Assembly: GCF_004104415.1 (NCBI RefSeq)
Contig: NZ_CP034669.1
Length of the DNA stretch: 64,000 bases
Origin: Corallococcus coralloides
Lineage (GTDB): Bacteria; Myxococcota; Myxococcia; Myxococcales; Myxococcaceae
Direction: 5' to 3' (one strand)
A model generated the notes under the pieces. It did no database searches, was not told the DNA's origin, and was given only the letters and a program-made list of their open reading frames with translations. The position numbers were made by a program, and so were the translations under genes. Below are positions 54,415 to 64,000 of this stretch, one piece after another; within the stretch, counting starts at the first letter, position 1, and every line of letters starts with the position of its first letter.

Positions 54415-55692
54415 ATGGGTCTGAGGAAGGCGCTTCGCTGGGGGTACTTCGGGGCCCTGGGCGTGCTGGTGGGGTGCGGAGGCATGGATGACGGCCGCCC
54501 GCCGGAGGAGGCCTCCGGGCCGGGCCGCACGGACGCGGAGGTGACCGCGCCCGCCGCCACGGAGTCCGTGGAGGCCGCCCCCACGCTGACGCTGCATGAC
54601 GGGCACCAGGTGCAGGCCACCCCGCCCGTGGCGCCCCTGCCCGCCGGGTTCCAGCCCGCCTTCCATCAGTCGCTGCGCGAATCCGTCTCCGTGGGGAGCT
54701 TCACCACGTACCGGCTCAAGGTGCCCCTGGGGCGCGCGGGCAGCCGCGTGCGCGTCACCTTCCGCTCCGGCGACGGCGGCCTGACGCTGCAGCGGGCCAC
54801 GGTGGCGAAGGCCGGCGTCAATGGCGCGCTGGACTCCGCGCCGGTGGCGCTCACCTTCGGCGGCAACGCGGGCTTCACCACGGGCACGCGCACGCTGGTG
54901 ACGTCGGATCCGGTCGCGTTCCCGGTGGGCTTCCGCGACGAGGTGGCCATCTCCTTCGAGGTGAAGGGCGCGCTGGGCAAGAGCCGCATCCAGGCGCTCC
55001 CGGACAGCTGGATGCGGGCCGGCGCCTACGCGACGACGCAGGGCGCGCTGGGCGGCCAGGCCTGGGAGTACGCCACGGGCGTGGCGACGGTGGACGTGGA
55101 AGGCGCGCCGGGCCGGGCCTTCGTCGCCATTGGAGACAGCATCACGGAGGGCTACACGGGCACGTGGAACGACACGCGCAACGCGTGGCCGTCCCGGGTG
55201 GAGAAGCTGCTCGGGGTGCCGGTGGTGAACTCGGGCGCGTCCGGGCAGGGCTTCTGGGACGCGAACCTCCAGCTGCCGCAGGAGGTGCTCTCCCTGCAGG
55301 GGGTCACCGACTGCATCGTCCTGCTGGGCATCAACGACATGGCCGCGGAGGGCATGACGATGCCGAAGCTGCAGCAGCGCATGACGCAGCTGCTGGATCA
55401 GCTCCAGCCCATGTGCAAGCTGTGGGTGAGCACGCTCTTGCCCAAGGAGAAGATGGGCGCGGACGGCGGGGACTTCGAGCTGATGAAGGCCCAGCGCCAC
55501 GAGTTCAACGCGTGGCTGCGCTCCCTGACGCGCGCGCAGCTCATCGACCTGGAGGCCGTCACGCGGCAGCCGGGCAACGTGGACCTCTTCATCGACGGGC
55601 TGGAGGTGGACGGCATCCACCCGTCCGTGGAGGGCCACCGGGTGATGGCGGACGAGGTGGCGCGGACCCTCAAGGCGAACGGCGGCCTGTAG
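54415..55692 (+). CDS. SGNH/GDSL-family hydrolase lipoprotein
   Basis: The lipobox is LVGC. Block I reads AIGDSITEG and the catalytic His block reads DGIHP. Confidence 0.8.
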   Translation: MGLRKALRWGYFGALGVLVGCGGMDDGRPPEEASGPGRTDAEVTAPAATESVEAAPTLTLHDGHQVQATPPVAPLPAGFQPAFHQSLRESVSVGSFTTYRLKVPLGRAGSRVRVTFRSGDGGLTLQRATVAKAGVNGALDSAPVALTFGGNAGFTTGTRTLVTSDPVAFPVGFRDEVAISFEVKGALGKSRIQALPDSWMRAGAYATTQGALGGQAWEYATGVATVDVEGAPGRAFVAIGDSITEGYTGTWNDTRNAWPSRVEKLLGVPVVNSGASGQGFWDANLQLPQEVLSLQGVTDCIVLLGINDMAAEGMTMPKLQQRMTQLLDQLQPMCKLWVSTLLPKEKMGADGGDFELMKAQRHEFNAWLRSLTRAQLIDLEAVTRQPGNVDLFIDGLEVDGIHPSVEGHRVMADEVARTLKANGGL

Positions 55693-55783
55693 CGCCTGCC
55701 CGGCTGGAAAGCGCACGGGGGGTTTGAATAGGTTCGCGGGCGTTGCGTCCAGGCGGTGTTCCCGTCTTCCCCAGCTCCCGGAG

Positions 55784-56147
55784 CTTCCCCCCCATGCGCG
55801 CCCTCCCCACCGCCCTCGCCATCGCCTGCCTCGCCCTGCCCTCCCTTGCCCACGCGGCATCGCTGCGGTGTGGCAACAAGCTCGTGTCGGAAGGGGCCTC
55901 GCAGGCGGACGCGGTGGCGAAGTGCGGCCAGCCCGTGTCGACCGAGACCAGGCGCGAGCGCGTGACCACCCGGTCCCGGGATGGCAGGCGGGACGGGTCC
56001 CGCCGCGGGGACTCCTCCACGGAGTTCTCGTCCTCGAGCAGCGTGGAGGAGTGGACCTACAACTTCGGGCCCAACCGGCTCATGCAGATCGCCATCTTCC
56101 GCGACGGCCTGCTGGTGGACGTGCGCAGCGGCAGCTACGGCTACTGA
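55784..56147 (+). CDS. small secreted two-Cys protein (DUF2845-like), paralog 1
   Basis: It has a signal peptide, a conserved C...C pair and a C-terminal EEWTYNFGP...IFRDG...VDVRSGSYGY. Confidence 0.7.
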
Positions 56148-56207
56148 GGCCAGCGCCGCGCGACCTGGTATTCGAAGTTGATTTCCTACTCTTCTGGAAC
56201 GCCCCCC

Positions 56208-56561
56208 ATGCGCACCCTTTCCGCCGCTCTCGTCGTCGCCTGCCTCGCCCTGCCCTCCCTCGTCCACGCGTCCGCGCTGCGCTGTGACAACAAGATCGTG
56301 TCGGAAGGAGCCTCGCAGACGGACGCGCTGGCCAAATGTGGCCAGCCCGTGACGAAGCAGAGCAGGACGGAGTACGTGACCCGCAAGGTCAAGGAAGGGG
56401 CGCGGGGAGAGACGCGCTACGGGGAGGCCTCCACGGAGGTCACGACCTCCACGACCGTGGAGGAGTGGACCTACAACTTCGGGCCCCACCGGTTCATGCA
56501 GGTCGCCATCTTCCGCGACGGCCGGCTGGTGGACGTGCGCAGCGGTTCCTACGGCTACTGA
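56208..56561 (+). CDS. small secreted two-Cys protein (DUF2845-like), paralog 2
   Basis: It is about 70% identical to the upstream paralog. The N- and C-termini are identical and the middle diverges. Confidence 0.7.
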   Translation: MRTLSAALVVACLALPSLVHASALRCDNKIVSEGASQTDALAKCGQPVTKQSRTEYVTRKVKEGARGETRYGEASTEVTTSTTVEEWTYNFGPHRFMQVAIFRDGRLVDVRSGSYGY

Positions 56562-56577
56562 GGCCCCAGGTGCTGCC

Positions 56578-57300
56578 TCATGCGGGGGGCGCGGTGGCTT
56601 CGAGCAGGCCGTGCTTCTGGAGGAGCGCGGCCAGCGCGGGCGGCGCGAGCATCCAGTCCTCGCGCGTGGGCACCCAGCGCACGGGGGCTCCGGCGGCGGC
56701 GAGCCGCGCGTTCACCTCCGCGATCATCGGGGCGAAGGTGGGCTGGGGCACGTCCCAGCTGCCCACTCCCGCCTGGACCTCCACGGCCCCGGGCTCCACG
56801 CGCACCGCGGGCTGGCCCTGCACCGGCTGGATGGCGAACCCCGGCAGGTACGGCTGCATGGCGGCGGACAGGCGCTCCAGCAGCGTCGGGTCCTCGAAGG
56901 GGTGGGCACCCTCCAGGTCGAAGAAGGTGGGCAGCTGCGCCTGGAGCTCGTCGCGCAGCGGGTCGTCCTTGCTGTCGCGCCAGGCGTGTTCCGCCAGGAC
57001 GCGGGCCTCGTGGGGGATGCGGATCTCCCAGCGCTCCAGGAGCGCGAGCAGCTCCGCCACGCGCTCCACCTCCTCCCAGGGCGGCTCCACGCGCGCAAGC
57101 CAGGCCACCTCCGACACCGTCTGGCCGCGGCGAAGGCCCGTCACCCGGTCCCCCTTGCGCAGTTGGAAGGGCGGAGCCTGGGTGAACTCCGGATCCGGAT
57201 AGAGGGCGGTGTGCAGCAACCCCGTGCCCTCTTCCGGGCGCACGCGCGCGAAGCCGTGCTTGGGGTTGATCTCCTCCACGACGAACGTCTCCTGGGCCAT
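56578..57300 (-). CDS. hypothetical protein
   Basis: A 240-aa ORF has GC3 bias and is convergent with paralog 2. Confidence 0.55.
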   Translation of the reverse strand: MAQETFVVEEINPKHGFARVRPEEGTGLLHTALYPDPEFTQAPPFQLRKGDRVTGLRRGQTVSEVAWLARVEPPWEEVERVAELLALLERWEIRIPHEARVLAEHAWRDSKDDPLRDELQAQLPTFFDLEGAHPFEDPTLLERLSAAMQPYLPGFAIQPVQGQPAVRVEPGAVEVQAGVGSWDVPQPTFAPMIAEVNARLAAAGAPVRWVPTREDWMLAPPALAALLQKHGLLEATAPPA

Positions 57301-57310
57301 GGTCTCTTCT

Positions 57311-59980
57311 CTAACCGGTGTTCCGCATGCCCGCAGCGATGCCGTTGAGCGCCAGGAGGAGCGGCCGGTCGCATTCCGCGTCCCCGTCCCGCTTGCGCTT
57401 GAGCAGCTCCACCTGGAGGAAGGACATGGGGTCCACGTAGGGGTTGCGCAGCGCGATGCTCCGCTGCAGCTGCGGGTTGTTGTCCAAGAGCTTCGCCTCC
57501 CCCGTGAGCGTCTTCACCGCGCGGCGCGTGCGGGAGTGCTCCTGCTGGATGCGCAGCCACAGGGGCCGCGTGGACGCGGGGGCCAGCTTCGCGTACCGCG
57601 CCGCGATGGCCATGTCCGTCTTGGCCAGCACCATGGTCACGTTGTCGATGACCGCGCGGAAGAAGGGCCACTCCTTGTACATGCGCTGCAGGAGCGCCGC
57701 GCCCTCCGGCGTGGCCGCGGACTCCTCCAGCGCGCTGCCCACGCCGTACCAGGCCGGGAGGATGGCGCGCGTCTGCGTCCACGCGAAGCTCCACGGGATG
57801 GCGCGCAGCGTGTCCAGCCCGCCCGCCTTGCGCTTGCTGGGGCGCGAGCCGATGGGCAGCGCGGAGATTTCATCCACGGGCGTGCCCTTCATGAAGAACT
57901 CCACGAAGCCCGGGTCCTCCCAGACGAGCGCGCGGTACGCCTTGCGGCCGGACTCCGCCAGCGCGTCGAAGGCGGCGCGGAAGGTGGACTCGTCCTCCGG
58001 GGACGGGCGCGGCTGCGCGTCCAGCGTGTGCAAGAGCACGCCGCCCACCACCAGCTCCAGCGTGCGCTGGGTGAGCTCCGGGCGCGCGTACTTGTGGTCC
58101 ATCGCCTCGCCCTGCTCGGTGGCCTTGTAGGCGCCGGCCACCGTGCCCGGCGGCAGCGCGAGGATGGCCGTCTGGGCGGGGCCGCCGCCGCGCGCCACCG
58201 TCTCCCCTCGGCCGTGGAACAGGCGCAGGGGCACGTCGTTCTCGTCCGCCACCTGCGTGAGCGCCACCTGGGCGCGGTACAGCGCGGCGCTCGCGGCGAG
58301 CAGGCCCACCTCCTTGCCGGAGTCGCTGTAGCCCACCATCACCTCCTGCACCCCGCGGCCCTTCAGGTGCTGGCGGTACTCCGGATGCGCGAAGAGCTGG
58401 CGCAGCACGTCCGGCCCGCCGTCCAGCGCGCCCAGCTGCTCGAAGAGCGGCGCCACGTCCACGGTGGCGCACTGCCGCTCCTTGTCCCAGAGCCCCGCGT
58501 GCTTCAGGCACTGGAAGGCCGCCAGCACGTCGTCCGCGGTGGAGGCCATGGAGAGGATGAGCGTGCGGCACACGGACTCGCCGCCCTCGTCCTGGCCCTC
58601 GCGCAGCTTCGCCAGCACCTCCAGGAGCCGCTTGCCGCCTTCGGTGGGGGCCGGTCCGCCGTTGAAGGACGCCGCGGCGCTCACCGCGTCCTCCGCGGGG
58701 GCCCGCACCTCCAGCTCGCCCAGGCCCAGGCCCAGCGCGCGGACGCGCTCGGACATGCGGCGCACCTCGCGCAGGCCCGCGGCTTCCGCGCGCGCCGCGA
58801 AGAGCGACCGCTCCAGCACCGCCAGGTCATCCCCCAGCGCCTCCGGCGAACGGTAGGCCCCGGCCGGCAGCGTGGACTCCTTCCCCTGCCGCCGCGCCAG
58901 CACGTGCTCCAGCGCCAGCGACAGGCGCATCTCCATGAAGCGCAGCTTGCGGCGCCACGGCTCGCCCAGCGTGCGCGGGCCCTGCTGCTTCGCCACGTCC
59001 GGCAGCGCCTTCGCGTCCTCCTCCAGCGAGCGCTCCAGCTCCTGCGTGGGGCGCGCGTGCCGCTCCGACTGGGACAGCATCCCGCCCAGCCGCTCCACGT
59101 CGCGCAGGAGCAGCCGCAGTCCCCGGGCGCGGTGCGCGCGCAGCGTGTCCGCGAACACCTCCGGCGTCACCAGCGGGTTGCCGTCCATGTCGCCGCCCAC
59201 CCACGAGTGCACGCGCACGGGCGTGTCCAGCGCGCCCAGGGGCTCGCCGTAGGCGCGCTCGAAGGCCCAGTCCAGCGCCTCCGGCAGCCGGGCCACCGGC
59301 TCCGACAGCATCTCCTCCACGTACCAGTGGACGTTCTTCACCTCGTCGCCCACGGTGGGGCGCTCGCGGCGCAGCTCGTCCGTCTGCCACAGCGCCGTGA
59401 TCTCCTCGCGCATGGCGGTGAGGTTCGCGGCGGACTCGCGCGGGGTGAGCGTGCACCGGTCGCGCTCCTCCAACAGCTGCGACAGCCGGTAGAGCTTCTC
59501 CAGCAGCGTGCGGCGCACCGCCTGGGTCGGGTGCGCGGTGAACGTCAGCGTCACCTTCAGCGTCCCCAGCGTCTCACGCACCTTGTCGGCGCTGACGCCC
59601 GCGGCCTTCAGCGCCAGCAGCGTGGACTCCAGCGACCCCTTCTGGGGCCGGGTGGCGGTGGGGCTCGCGTGGGCCCGAGCGCGGCGGATGCGGTGGTGCT
59701 GCTCCGCCAGGTTCACCAGCTGGAAGTAGACGGAGAAGGCGCGCAGCACCGGCTCCACCTGCTCCGACGGCAGCCGCCGCAACACCGCCGCCAGCTCCGC
59801 CGCCGCGGCGCGTCGTCCGGCCACCGGCCCCCGCCTGCGCTGGATGGCCAGGTGGCGGACCTCCTCCTCCTTGTCGAACAGGGCCTGCCCCTCCTGTTCC
59901 ACCAACACCTCACCCAACAGCCGGCCCAAGAGCCGGACATCCCGCCGCAGCGGGGGATCCACGGGACGTGTACGCGCCAT
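57311..59980 (-). CDS. ppc: phosphoenolpyruvate carboxylase
   Basis: PEPC motifs are present: VLTAHPT-like TFTAHPTQ, GYSDSGKE, FHGRGETVARGGGP and the C-terminal NTG. The start was chosen at MARTRPVD. Confidence 0.9.
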   Translation of the reverse strand: MARTRPVDPPLRRDVRLLGRLLGEVLVEQEGQALFDKEEEVRHLAIQRRRGPVAGRRAAAAELAAVLRRLPSEQVEPVLRAFSVYFQLVNLAEQHHRIRRARAHASPTATRPQKGSLESTLLALKAAGVSADKVRETLGTLKVTLTFTAHPTQAVRRTLLEKLYRLSQLLEERDRCTLTPRESAANLTAMREEITALWQTDELRRERPTVGDEVKNVHWYVEEMLSEPVARLPEALDWAFERAYGEPLGALDTPVRVHSWVGGDMDGNPLVTPEVFADTLRAHRARGLRLLLRDVERLGGMLSQSERHARPTQELERSLEEDAKALPDVAKQQGPRTLGEPWRRKLRFMEMRLSLALEHVLARRQGKESTLPAGAYRSPEALGDDLAVLERSLFAARAEAAGLREVRRMSERVRALGLGLGELEVRAPAEDAVSAAASFNGGPAPTEGGKRLLEVLAKLREGQDEGGESVCRTLILSMASTADDVLAAFQCLKHAGLWDKERQCATVDVAPLFEQLGALDGGPDVLRQLFAHPEYRQHLKGRGVQEVMVGYSDSGKEVGLLAASAALYRAQVALTQVADENDVPLRLFHGRGETVARGGGPAQTAILALPPGTVAGAYKATEQGEAMDHKYARPELTQRTLELVVGGVLLHTLDAQPRPSPEDESTFRAAFDALAESGRKAYRALVWEDPGFVEFFMKGTPVDEISALPIGSRPSKRKAGGLDTLRAIPWSFAWTQTRAILPAWYGVGSALEESAATPEGAALLQRMYKEWPFFRAVIDNVTMVLAKTDMAIAARYAKLAPASTRPLWLRIQQEHSRTRRAVKTLTGEAKLLDNNPQLQRSIALRNPYVDPMSFLQVELLKRKRDGDAECDRPLLLALNGIAAGMRNTG

Positions 59981-60180
59981 GACGGACCGGAACCGTAGTC
60001 TTTTGGCCCCCACCGCCCCTACCCATTCTCGGGTTTTCGACCGCCAGCCGACGGATGACCCACTCCGTCCTTGCAGGAAAAATTCAACCTCCCGGTCTTC
60101 CCAAAAGGTCAGGTGTTCCACTACAAAGTGGGCACTCCCGGACCCCGCCGGGATGTCTGACCTGACCCTAAGGAGTGGCA

Positions 60181-62532
60181 ATGCGGAAAAACCCGTCTTG
60201 GCTGGCCGTGGGCCTGCTCGCACTCGCGGCGCCGTCCGCGTACGCGGAGCGTGCGTGGTACGAGAAGCCGCAACCGGACGTCGCCGCGCCGTCGGCATCG
60301 CTGCGCAAGTCAGTGGTTCAGGACATCACGGATGACCTGCCCCACCGTCTGGGTGAGCAGCAGAAGGAGCTGAAGGCCCAGGCGCTGAAGATGCGCCTGG
60401 AGGGTCGCGGTCAGCCGGGCCGGGTGCAGAAGCTGGCCAACGGCAAGTTCGTGGAGCTGGAGCTGCAGCGCACGGACCGCATCTTCGTCATCCTGGTGGA
60501 GTACGGCACGCAGATCCACCCGGTGTTCGGCAACCCCACCACCAACCCGGGCGGCGACATCCCCGGTCCGCTGCACAACGAGATTCCGGCCCCTGACCGC
60601 TCGGTGGACAACACCACCATCTGGCAGCCGGACTACGACCGGGCGCACTTCGAGAAGCTCTACTTCGACACCACTCCCGGCGTGGACTCGGTGGCGAACT
60701 TCTACAAGGCCGCGTCCTCCGGCCGCTACGGCGTGACCGGCGCGGTGTCCGAGTGGGTGAAGGTGCCGTACAACGCCGCCCGCTACGGCAACAACCTGTG
60801 CGGCAGCTCCAGCTGCTCCAACTCCGTGTGGCCGCTCATCAGCGACGCCATCAAGGCGTGGACCCACGCCCAGGTGGCCGCCGGCAAGACGCCCGCGGAG
60901 ATCAAGGCGTACCTGGACACGTTCGACACGTGGGACCGGTACGACTACGACGGCGACGGCAACTTCGACGAGCCGGACGGCTACATCGACCACTTCCAGA
61001 TCGTCCACGCCGGCATGGGTGAGGAGGTCGGCGGCGGCGCGCAGGGCCCCAACGCCGTGTGGAGCCACCGCTGGTTCGCGTACAGCAACGGCACGAGCCC
61101 GGATGGCATTGGCCCCGCGTACAACCAGAACGGCGGCACGCGCTTCGCGACGGGCATCGACAAGTGGGTGGGCGACTACACCATCCAGCCGGAGAACGGC
61201 GGCCTGGGTGTGTTCGCGCACGAGTACGGCCACGACCTGGGCCTGCCGGACCACTACGACACGACGAACGCGGCGGACAATGGGACGGGCTTCTGGACCA
61301 TCATGTCGTCCGGCTCGTACCTGAACGACGGCACCCAGGACATTGGCAGCCGTCCGGGTGACTTCTTCGCCTGGGACAAGCTGCAGCTGGGCTGGCTGGA
61401 CTACGCCACCACGGACGCGGGCCTGTACTCGTACCACAACCTGGGCCCCGCGGAGTTCACGTCCGCGAACGCGAAGCAGGCGCTCGTGGTGAAGCTGCCC
61501 GGCAAGCCCGTGCTGCAGCCCACCACCGCCCCCTACGAGGGCCAGGGCATGTGGCAGGGCGGCCAGGGCAACAACCTGGACCGCGTGCTCGAGAAGACGG
61601 TGAAGCTGCCGAACAAGAAGCCCATCACCTTCTCCTTCCACACGTGGTTCGACATCGAGGAGGACTGGGACTACGCCTACGTCGCCCTCTCCGTGGACGG
61701 TGGCCCGTTCGTGAACCTGCCCAGCCCCGTGAGCCGCACCACGAACCCGTGGGGCAACAACCTGGGCAACGGCATCACCGGCACGTCCGGCGGTTGGGTT
61801 CCCCTGGAGTTCGACCTGTCCGCCCACGCGGGCAAGAGCGTCACGCTGAAGATCCGCTACAAGACGGACGGGGCGGAGTTCGGCAAGGGCTTCCTCGTGG
61901 ACTTCGTGCAGCTGTGGGCGAAGAACACGTACCTCTTTGGTGACGACGGCGAGTGGGGCCACAAGTGGTGGGACAAGTCGTCGTTCTTCGTGACGGACGG
62001 CACCAACACCCTCTACGACAACTACTACCTGGCCGAGTGGCGCCAGTTCCGCGGCTACGACGAGGGTCTGGCCACGGGTCCCTACAACTACGGCTTCAGC
62101 GCGGACGGGCTGTATGACTGGGCGGAGCGCTACTCGTACAACCCCGGCCTGCTCGTCACCTACTGGGACACGTCGCAGTCGAACAACAACGTGTCGCAGC
62201 ACCCGGGCTCGGGCCGCATCCTGCCCGTGGACTCGCGCCCGCAGCCCCTGCAGCGCAGCGACGGCCGCTACTGGTCCGGCCGCGTGCAGACGCACGACGC
62301 GACGTTCGGTCTGGAGCCCAGCTTCCCGCTGTCGCTCAAGCCCAACGGCTTCCCGCGCAACGAGTACCCCTCGCAGCCCGCGGTGCCGGTGTTCAACGAC
62401 ACGAACGAGTTCTGGTCCGCCACGCAGCCGTACGCCGGCGTGAAGGTCCCGAAGACGGGCACCATCATCGAGGTGCTGTCCACGAACGCGGACCAGACCG
62501 TGATGGAAGTCCAGGTGCGTCCGGTCGACTGA
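60181..62532 (+). CDS. M6-family metalloprotease (immune inhibitor A-like)
   Basis: The zinc motif reads HEYGHDLGLPDHYD (HExxHxxGxxD). A signal peptide ends in AYA. The RBS aggag lies 5 nt upstream of the ATG; the alternative GTG is at 60175. Confidence 0.9.
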   Translation: MRKNPSWLAVGLLALAAPSAYAERAWYEKPQPDVAAPSASLRKSVVQDITDDLPHRLGEQQKELKAQALKMRLEGRGQPGRVQKLANGKFVELELQRTDRIFVILVEYGTQIHPVFGNPTTNPGGDIPGPLHNEIPAPDRSVDNTTIWQPDYDRAHFEKLYFDTTPGVDSVANFYKAASSGRYGVTGAVSEWVKVPYNAARYGNNLCGSSSCSNSVWPLISDAIKAWTHAQVAAGKTPAEIKAYLDTFDTWDRYDYDGDGNFDEPDGYIDHFQIVHAGMGEEVGGGAQGPNAVWSHRWFAYSNGTSPDGIGPAYNQNGGTRFATGIDKWVGDYTIQPENGGLGVFAHEYGHDLGLPDHYDTTNAADNGTGFWTIMSSGSYLNDGTQDIGSRPGDFFAWDKLQLGWLDYATTDAGLYSYHNLGPAEFTSANAKQALVVKLPGKPVLQPTTAPYEGQGMWQGGQGNNLDRVLEKTVKLPNKKPITFSFHTWFDIEEDWDYAYVALSVDGGPFVNLPSPVSRTTNPWGNNLGNGITGTSGGWVPLEFDLSAHAGKSVTLKIRYKTDGAEFGKGFLVDFVQLWAKNTYLFGDDGEWGHKWWDKSSFFVTDGTNTLYDNYYLAEWRQFRGYDEGLATGPYNYGFSADGLYDWAERYSYNPGLLVTYWDTSQSNNNVSQHPGSGRILPVDSRPQPLQRSDGRYWSGRVQTHDATFGLEPSFPLSLKPNGFPRNEYPSQPAVPVFNDTNEFWSATQPYAGVKVPKTGTIIEVLSTNADQTVMEVQVRPVD

Positions 62533-62568
62533 GCGTCTGACCGTCGTCACCGCTGAGCCGTGAAGGGA

Positions 62569-62610
62569 GGCCGGTCCCGCGCTGATGCGGGGCCGGCCTT
62601 TCGCTTTTGC
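62569..62610 (+). terminator. rho-independent terminator after the M6 protease
   Basis: The stem is ggccggtcccgc / gcggggccggcc with a 6-nt loop. It is followed by tttcgcttttg. Confidence 0.65.
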
Positions 62611-62674
62611 GGGTTGAAGGAATCCGGACACCCGGAGCGCGGCCGGGGATGACCGAGGCGCGCGGGGCGCTACG

Positions 62675-63649
62675 GTGCCCGCCATGGCCGAGTGCCCCGT
62701 GGGCGGTCCCTCCTCCCCTTCCCCTCCTCCCGAGCCGCCCTCCGACGTCGCGCGAACCGTGGCGCTGGAGCCCGCGGATCCGCTCAGCGTGCTCAACCAG
62801 GCGTTCCGCGACGCGTACGCCGCGCGCCGTGAGGCCGTGCTGTCCCGCATGGGGCCCGTCATCGCGCAGATCGACGACGTGCTCATCCTGCGCAAGGGCG
62901 GCCAGCGCTTCGAGGCGCCCGCGCGCACGCGCCACTACCACGAGTACAAGGCCGTCACCCACGTGCCGCTCGCGCTCCACGTCCTGCTCGCCAGCAAGGA
63001 CGCGCTCGATGACGAGACGCGCGCGCGGCTCACCACCCTGCGCGGCCTCATCACCGCCTCGCACGCGAGCCTGGACGGCCGGGGGCTTCCGGCCGAAGCC
63101 CTGGCGCGGCAGCACCGCCTGCTCGACGCGTCGCTCGCGCTCGTGGACGGCGTGCTGGCGGCGAACCGGGTGACGCAGGCGGAGCTCTCCGCGTTCATCC
63201 ACGCCCGGGTGCCGGACCTCTTGAAGAACGCCGAGGACGCGGCGAGGGATCAGATCGACACCATGCACGCCTCGGTCGAGGCGTGGAAACGCCAGATGAC
63301 CGCCGAGGAGCGCGGCCAGCTGCGCGCCGTGGTGGCCGCGTCACACATGTCGCGGCCCGGCAACGTGGCCGCGCAGTACTTCTCCATCACCCTGGGCGAC
63401 ACGTGGGAGGGGCGCTTCCACGAAGAGGATCAACAGCCCGGCAAGCGCGTGCTCTCCTCGGAGGCGACGTTCGACGAGCCCTCGGCGTTCGCGCTGCTGG
63501 CCACGCACGTGCTGGACGCGAACACGTCACGCGGCATCTTCGGCGAGGAGACGCGCATGGCCAGGGATCTGCTCGCGGACGCGGCCGAGCGCATCCTCGC
63601 GGGCATGTTCCAGACGTCGCCCCAGCCGCCCGGCGCGAGCGCGCCTTGA
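62675..63649 (+). CDS. hypothetical protein
   Basis: A 324-aa ORF has GC3 bias and no recognised motifs. The start is uncertain. Confidence 0.5.
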   Translation: MPAMAECPVGGPSSPSPPPEPPSDVARTVALEPADPLSVLNQAFRDAYAARREAVLSRMGPVIAQIDDVLILRKGGQRFEAPARTRHYHEYKAVTHVPLALHVLLASKDALDDETRARLTTLRGLITASHASLDGRGLPAEALARQHRLLDASLALVDGVLAANRVTQAELSAFIHARVPDLLKNAEDAARDQIDTMHASVEAWKRQMTAEERGQLRAVVAASHMSRPGNVAAQYFSITLGDTWEGRFHEEDQQPGKRVLSSEATFDEPSAFALLATHVLDANTSRGIFGEETRMARDLLADAAERILAGMFQTSPQPPGASAP

Positions 63650-63655
63650 AGCCCC

Positions 63656-64000
63656 TCAGGAGCGCGTGAGCGGCAGCTCCACCATGAACGTCGCGCCCTC
63701 GCCCAGCTGGCTGTCCAGGGACACGCGCCCGCCCTCGGCCTCCACGATGGTGCGGGTGAGGTAGAGCCCCAGGCCCAGGCCGCCATAGTGGCGCTCGGAC
63801 ACCGCGCGGCCGTAGCGCTCGAAGAGGCGGGGCCGCTGCTCCGGCGAGACGCCGATGCCCCCGTCGCGCACCGTGAGCCGCGCCACGGGCCCGTCCGCCA
63901 CGAGCCGCACGGACACCGGCGTCCCGGCGCCGTACTTGAGGGCGTTGACCAGCAGGTGATCCAGCACCTGCGCCAGCCGCGTCCGGTCGAAGCAGCCGCG
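63656..64000 (-). CDS. sensor histidine kinase, C-terminal HATPase_c part (gene continues beyond window)
   Basis: The N-box reads LVNALKYG. G-boxes DGGIGV and GGLGLGL are present. It is in frame to the window edge. Confidence 0.8.
   Translation of the reverse strand, partial: RGCFDRTRLAQVLDHLLVNALKYGAGTPVSVRLVADGPVARLTVRDGGIGVSPEQRPRLFERYGRAVSERHYGGLGLGLYLTRTIVEAEGGRVSLDSQLGEGATFMVELPLTRS

Noticed and set aside
57209-59998. 929-aa + ORF antisense to ppc, and the 60310-62928 minus ORF antisense to the M6 protease
   Set aside because: These are shadow ORFs. The PEPC and HExxH motifs are on the opposite strands.
1-64000. Search for a CRISPR array, IS/transposase, integrase, tRNA or rRNA
   Set aside because: No direct-repeat/spacer periodicity, transposase or integrase motifs, or tRNA-like cloverleaf candidates were seen in the short intergenic regions. 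Without a scanner, a missed tRNA cannot be fully excluded.

Overview
This 64 kb window is about 70% GC, with very strong GC3 codon bias and many lipoproteins, Ser/Thr kinases, cyclase-ATPase-TPR proteins and TonB receptors, so it looks like a myxobacterial (Myxococcus/Corallococcus-type) chromosome segment. About 50 protein genes are densely packed. No rRNA, tRNA, CRISPR array or IS element was recognised. The six-frame track is full of long antisense or alternative-frame ORFs that are high-GC artefacts; genes were called from motif content, GC3 bias, signal peptides and gene packing. Some hand-counted start coordinates may be off by 1-3 nt.

Housekeeping genes include def, menA, ppc, a PiT phosphate transporter with its DUF47 partner, a BCKDH-type E1 alpha/beta pair, an Slt-type lytic transglycosylase and an old-yellow-enzyme reductase.

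Four regions stand out:
1. A roughly 12 kb minus-strand cassette (37.5-49.8 kb) encodes a membrane RsbU/SpoIIE-type PP2C phosphatase with a periplasmic sensor, a periplasmic TPR protein, an orphan PhnD-like binding protein, a TonB-dependent receptor, an RsbW-like GHKL kinase, and a giant Hanks kinase with two N-terminal STAS domains. This looks like a partner-switching module wired to an outer-membrane transporter and a eukaryotic-like kinase. A ribosome-binding-site-backed 101-aa Cys-rich protein sits convergently downstream.
2. A minus-strand cluster (11.6-17.2 kb) places menA upstream of a pentaheme lipoprotein cytochrome (one atypical CX3CH site), a Pro-rich lipoprotein and a membrane-anchored trihaem cytochrome, suggesting a menaquinol-fed extracytoplasmic electron-transfer route.
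3. A lipid-modification neighbourhood (23.4-31.3 kb) holds three membrane di-iron desaturase-family genes, a B12-binding radical SAM enzyme, a GT-C-like polytopic membrane protein and a haem-oxygenase-like di-iron protein.
4. A tandem pair of small secreted two-Cys paralogs with conserved ends and a divergent middle lies next to a Myxococcus-type Cys-rich-repeat lipoprotein.
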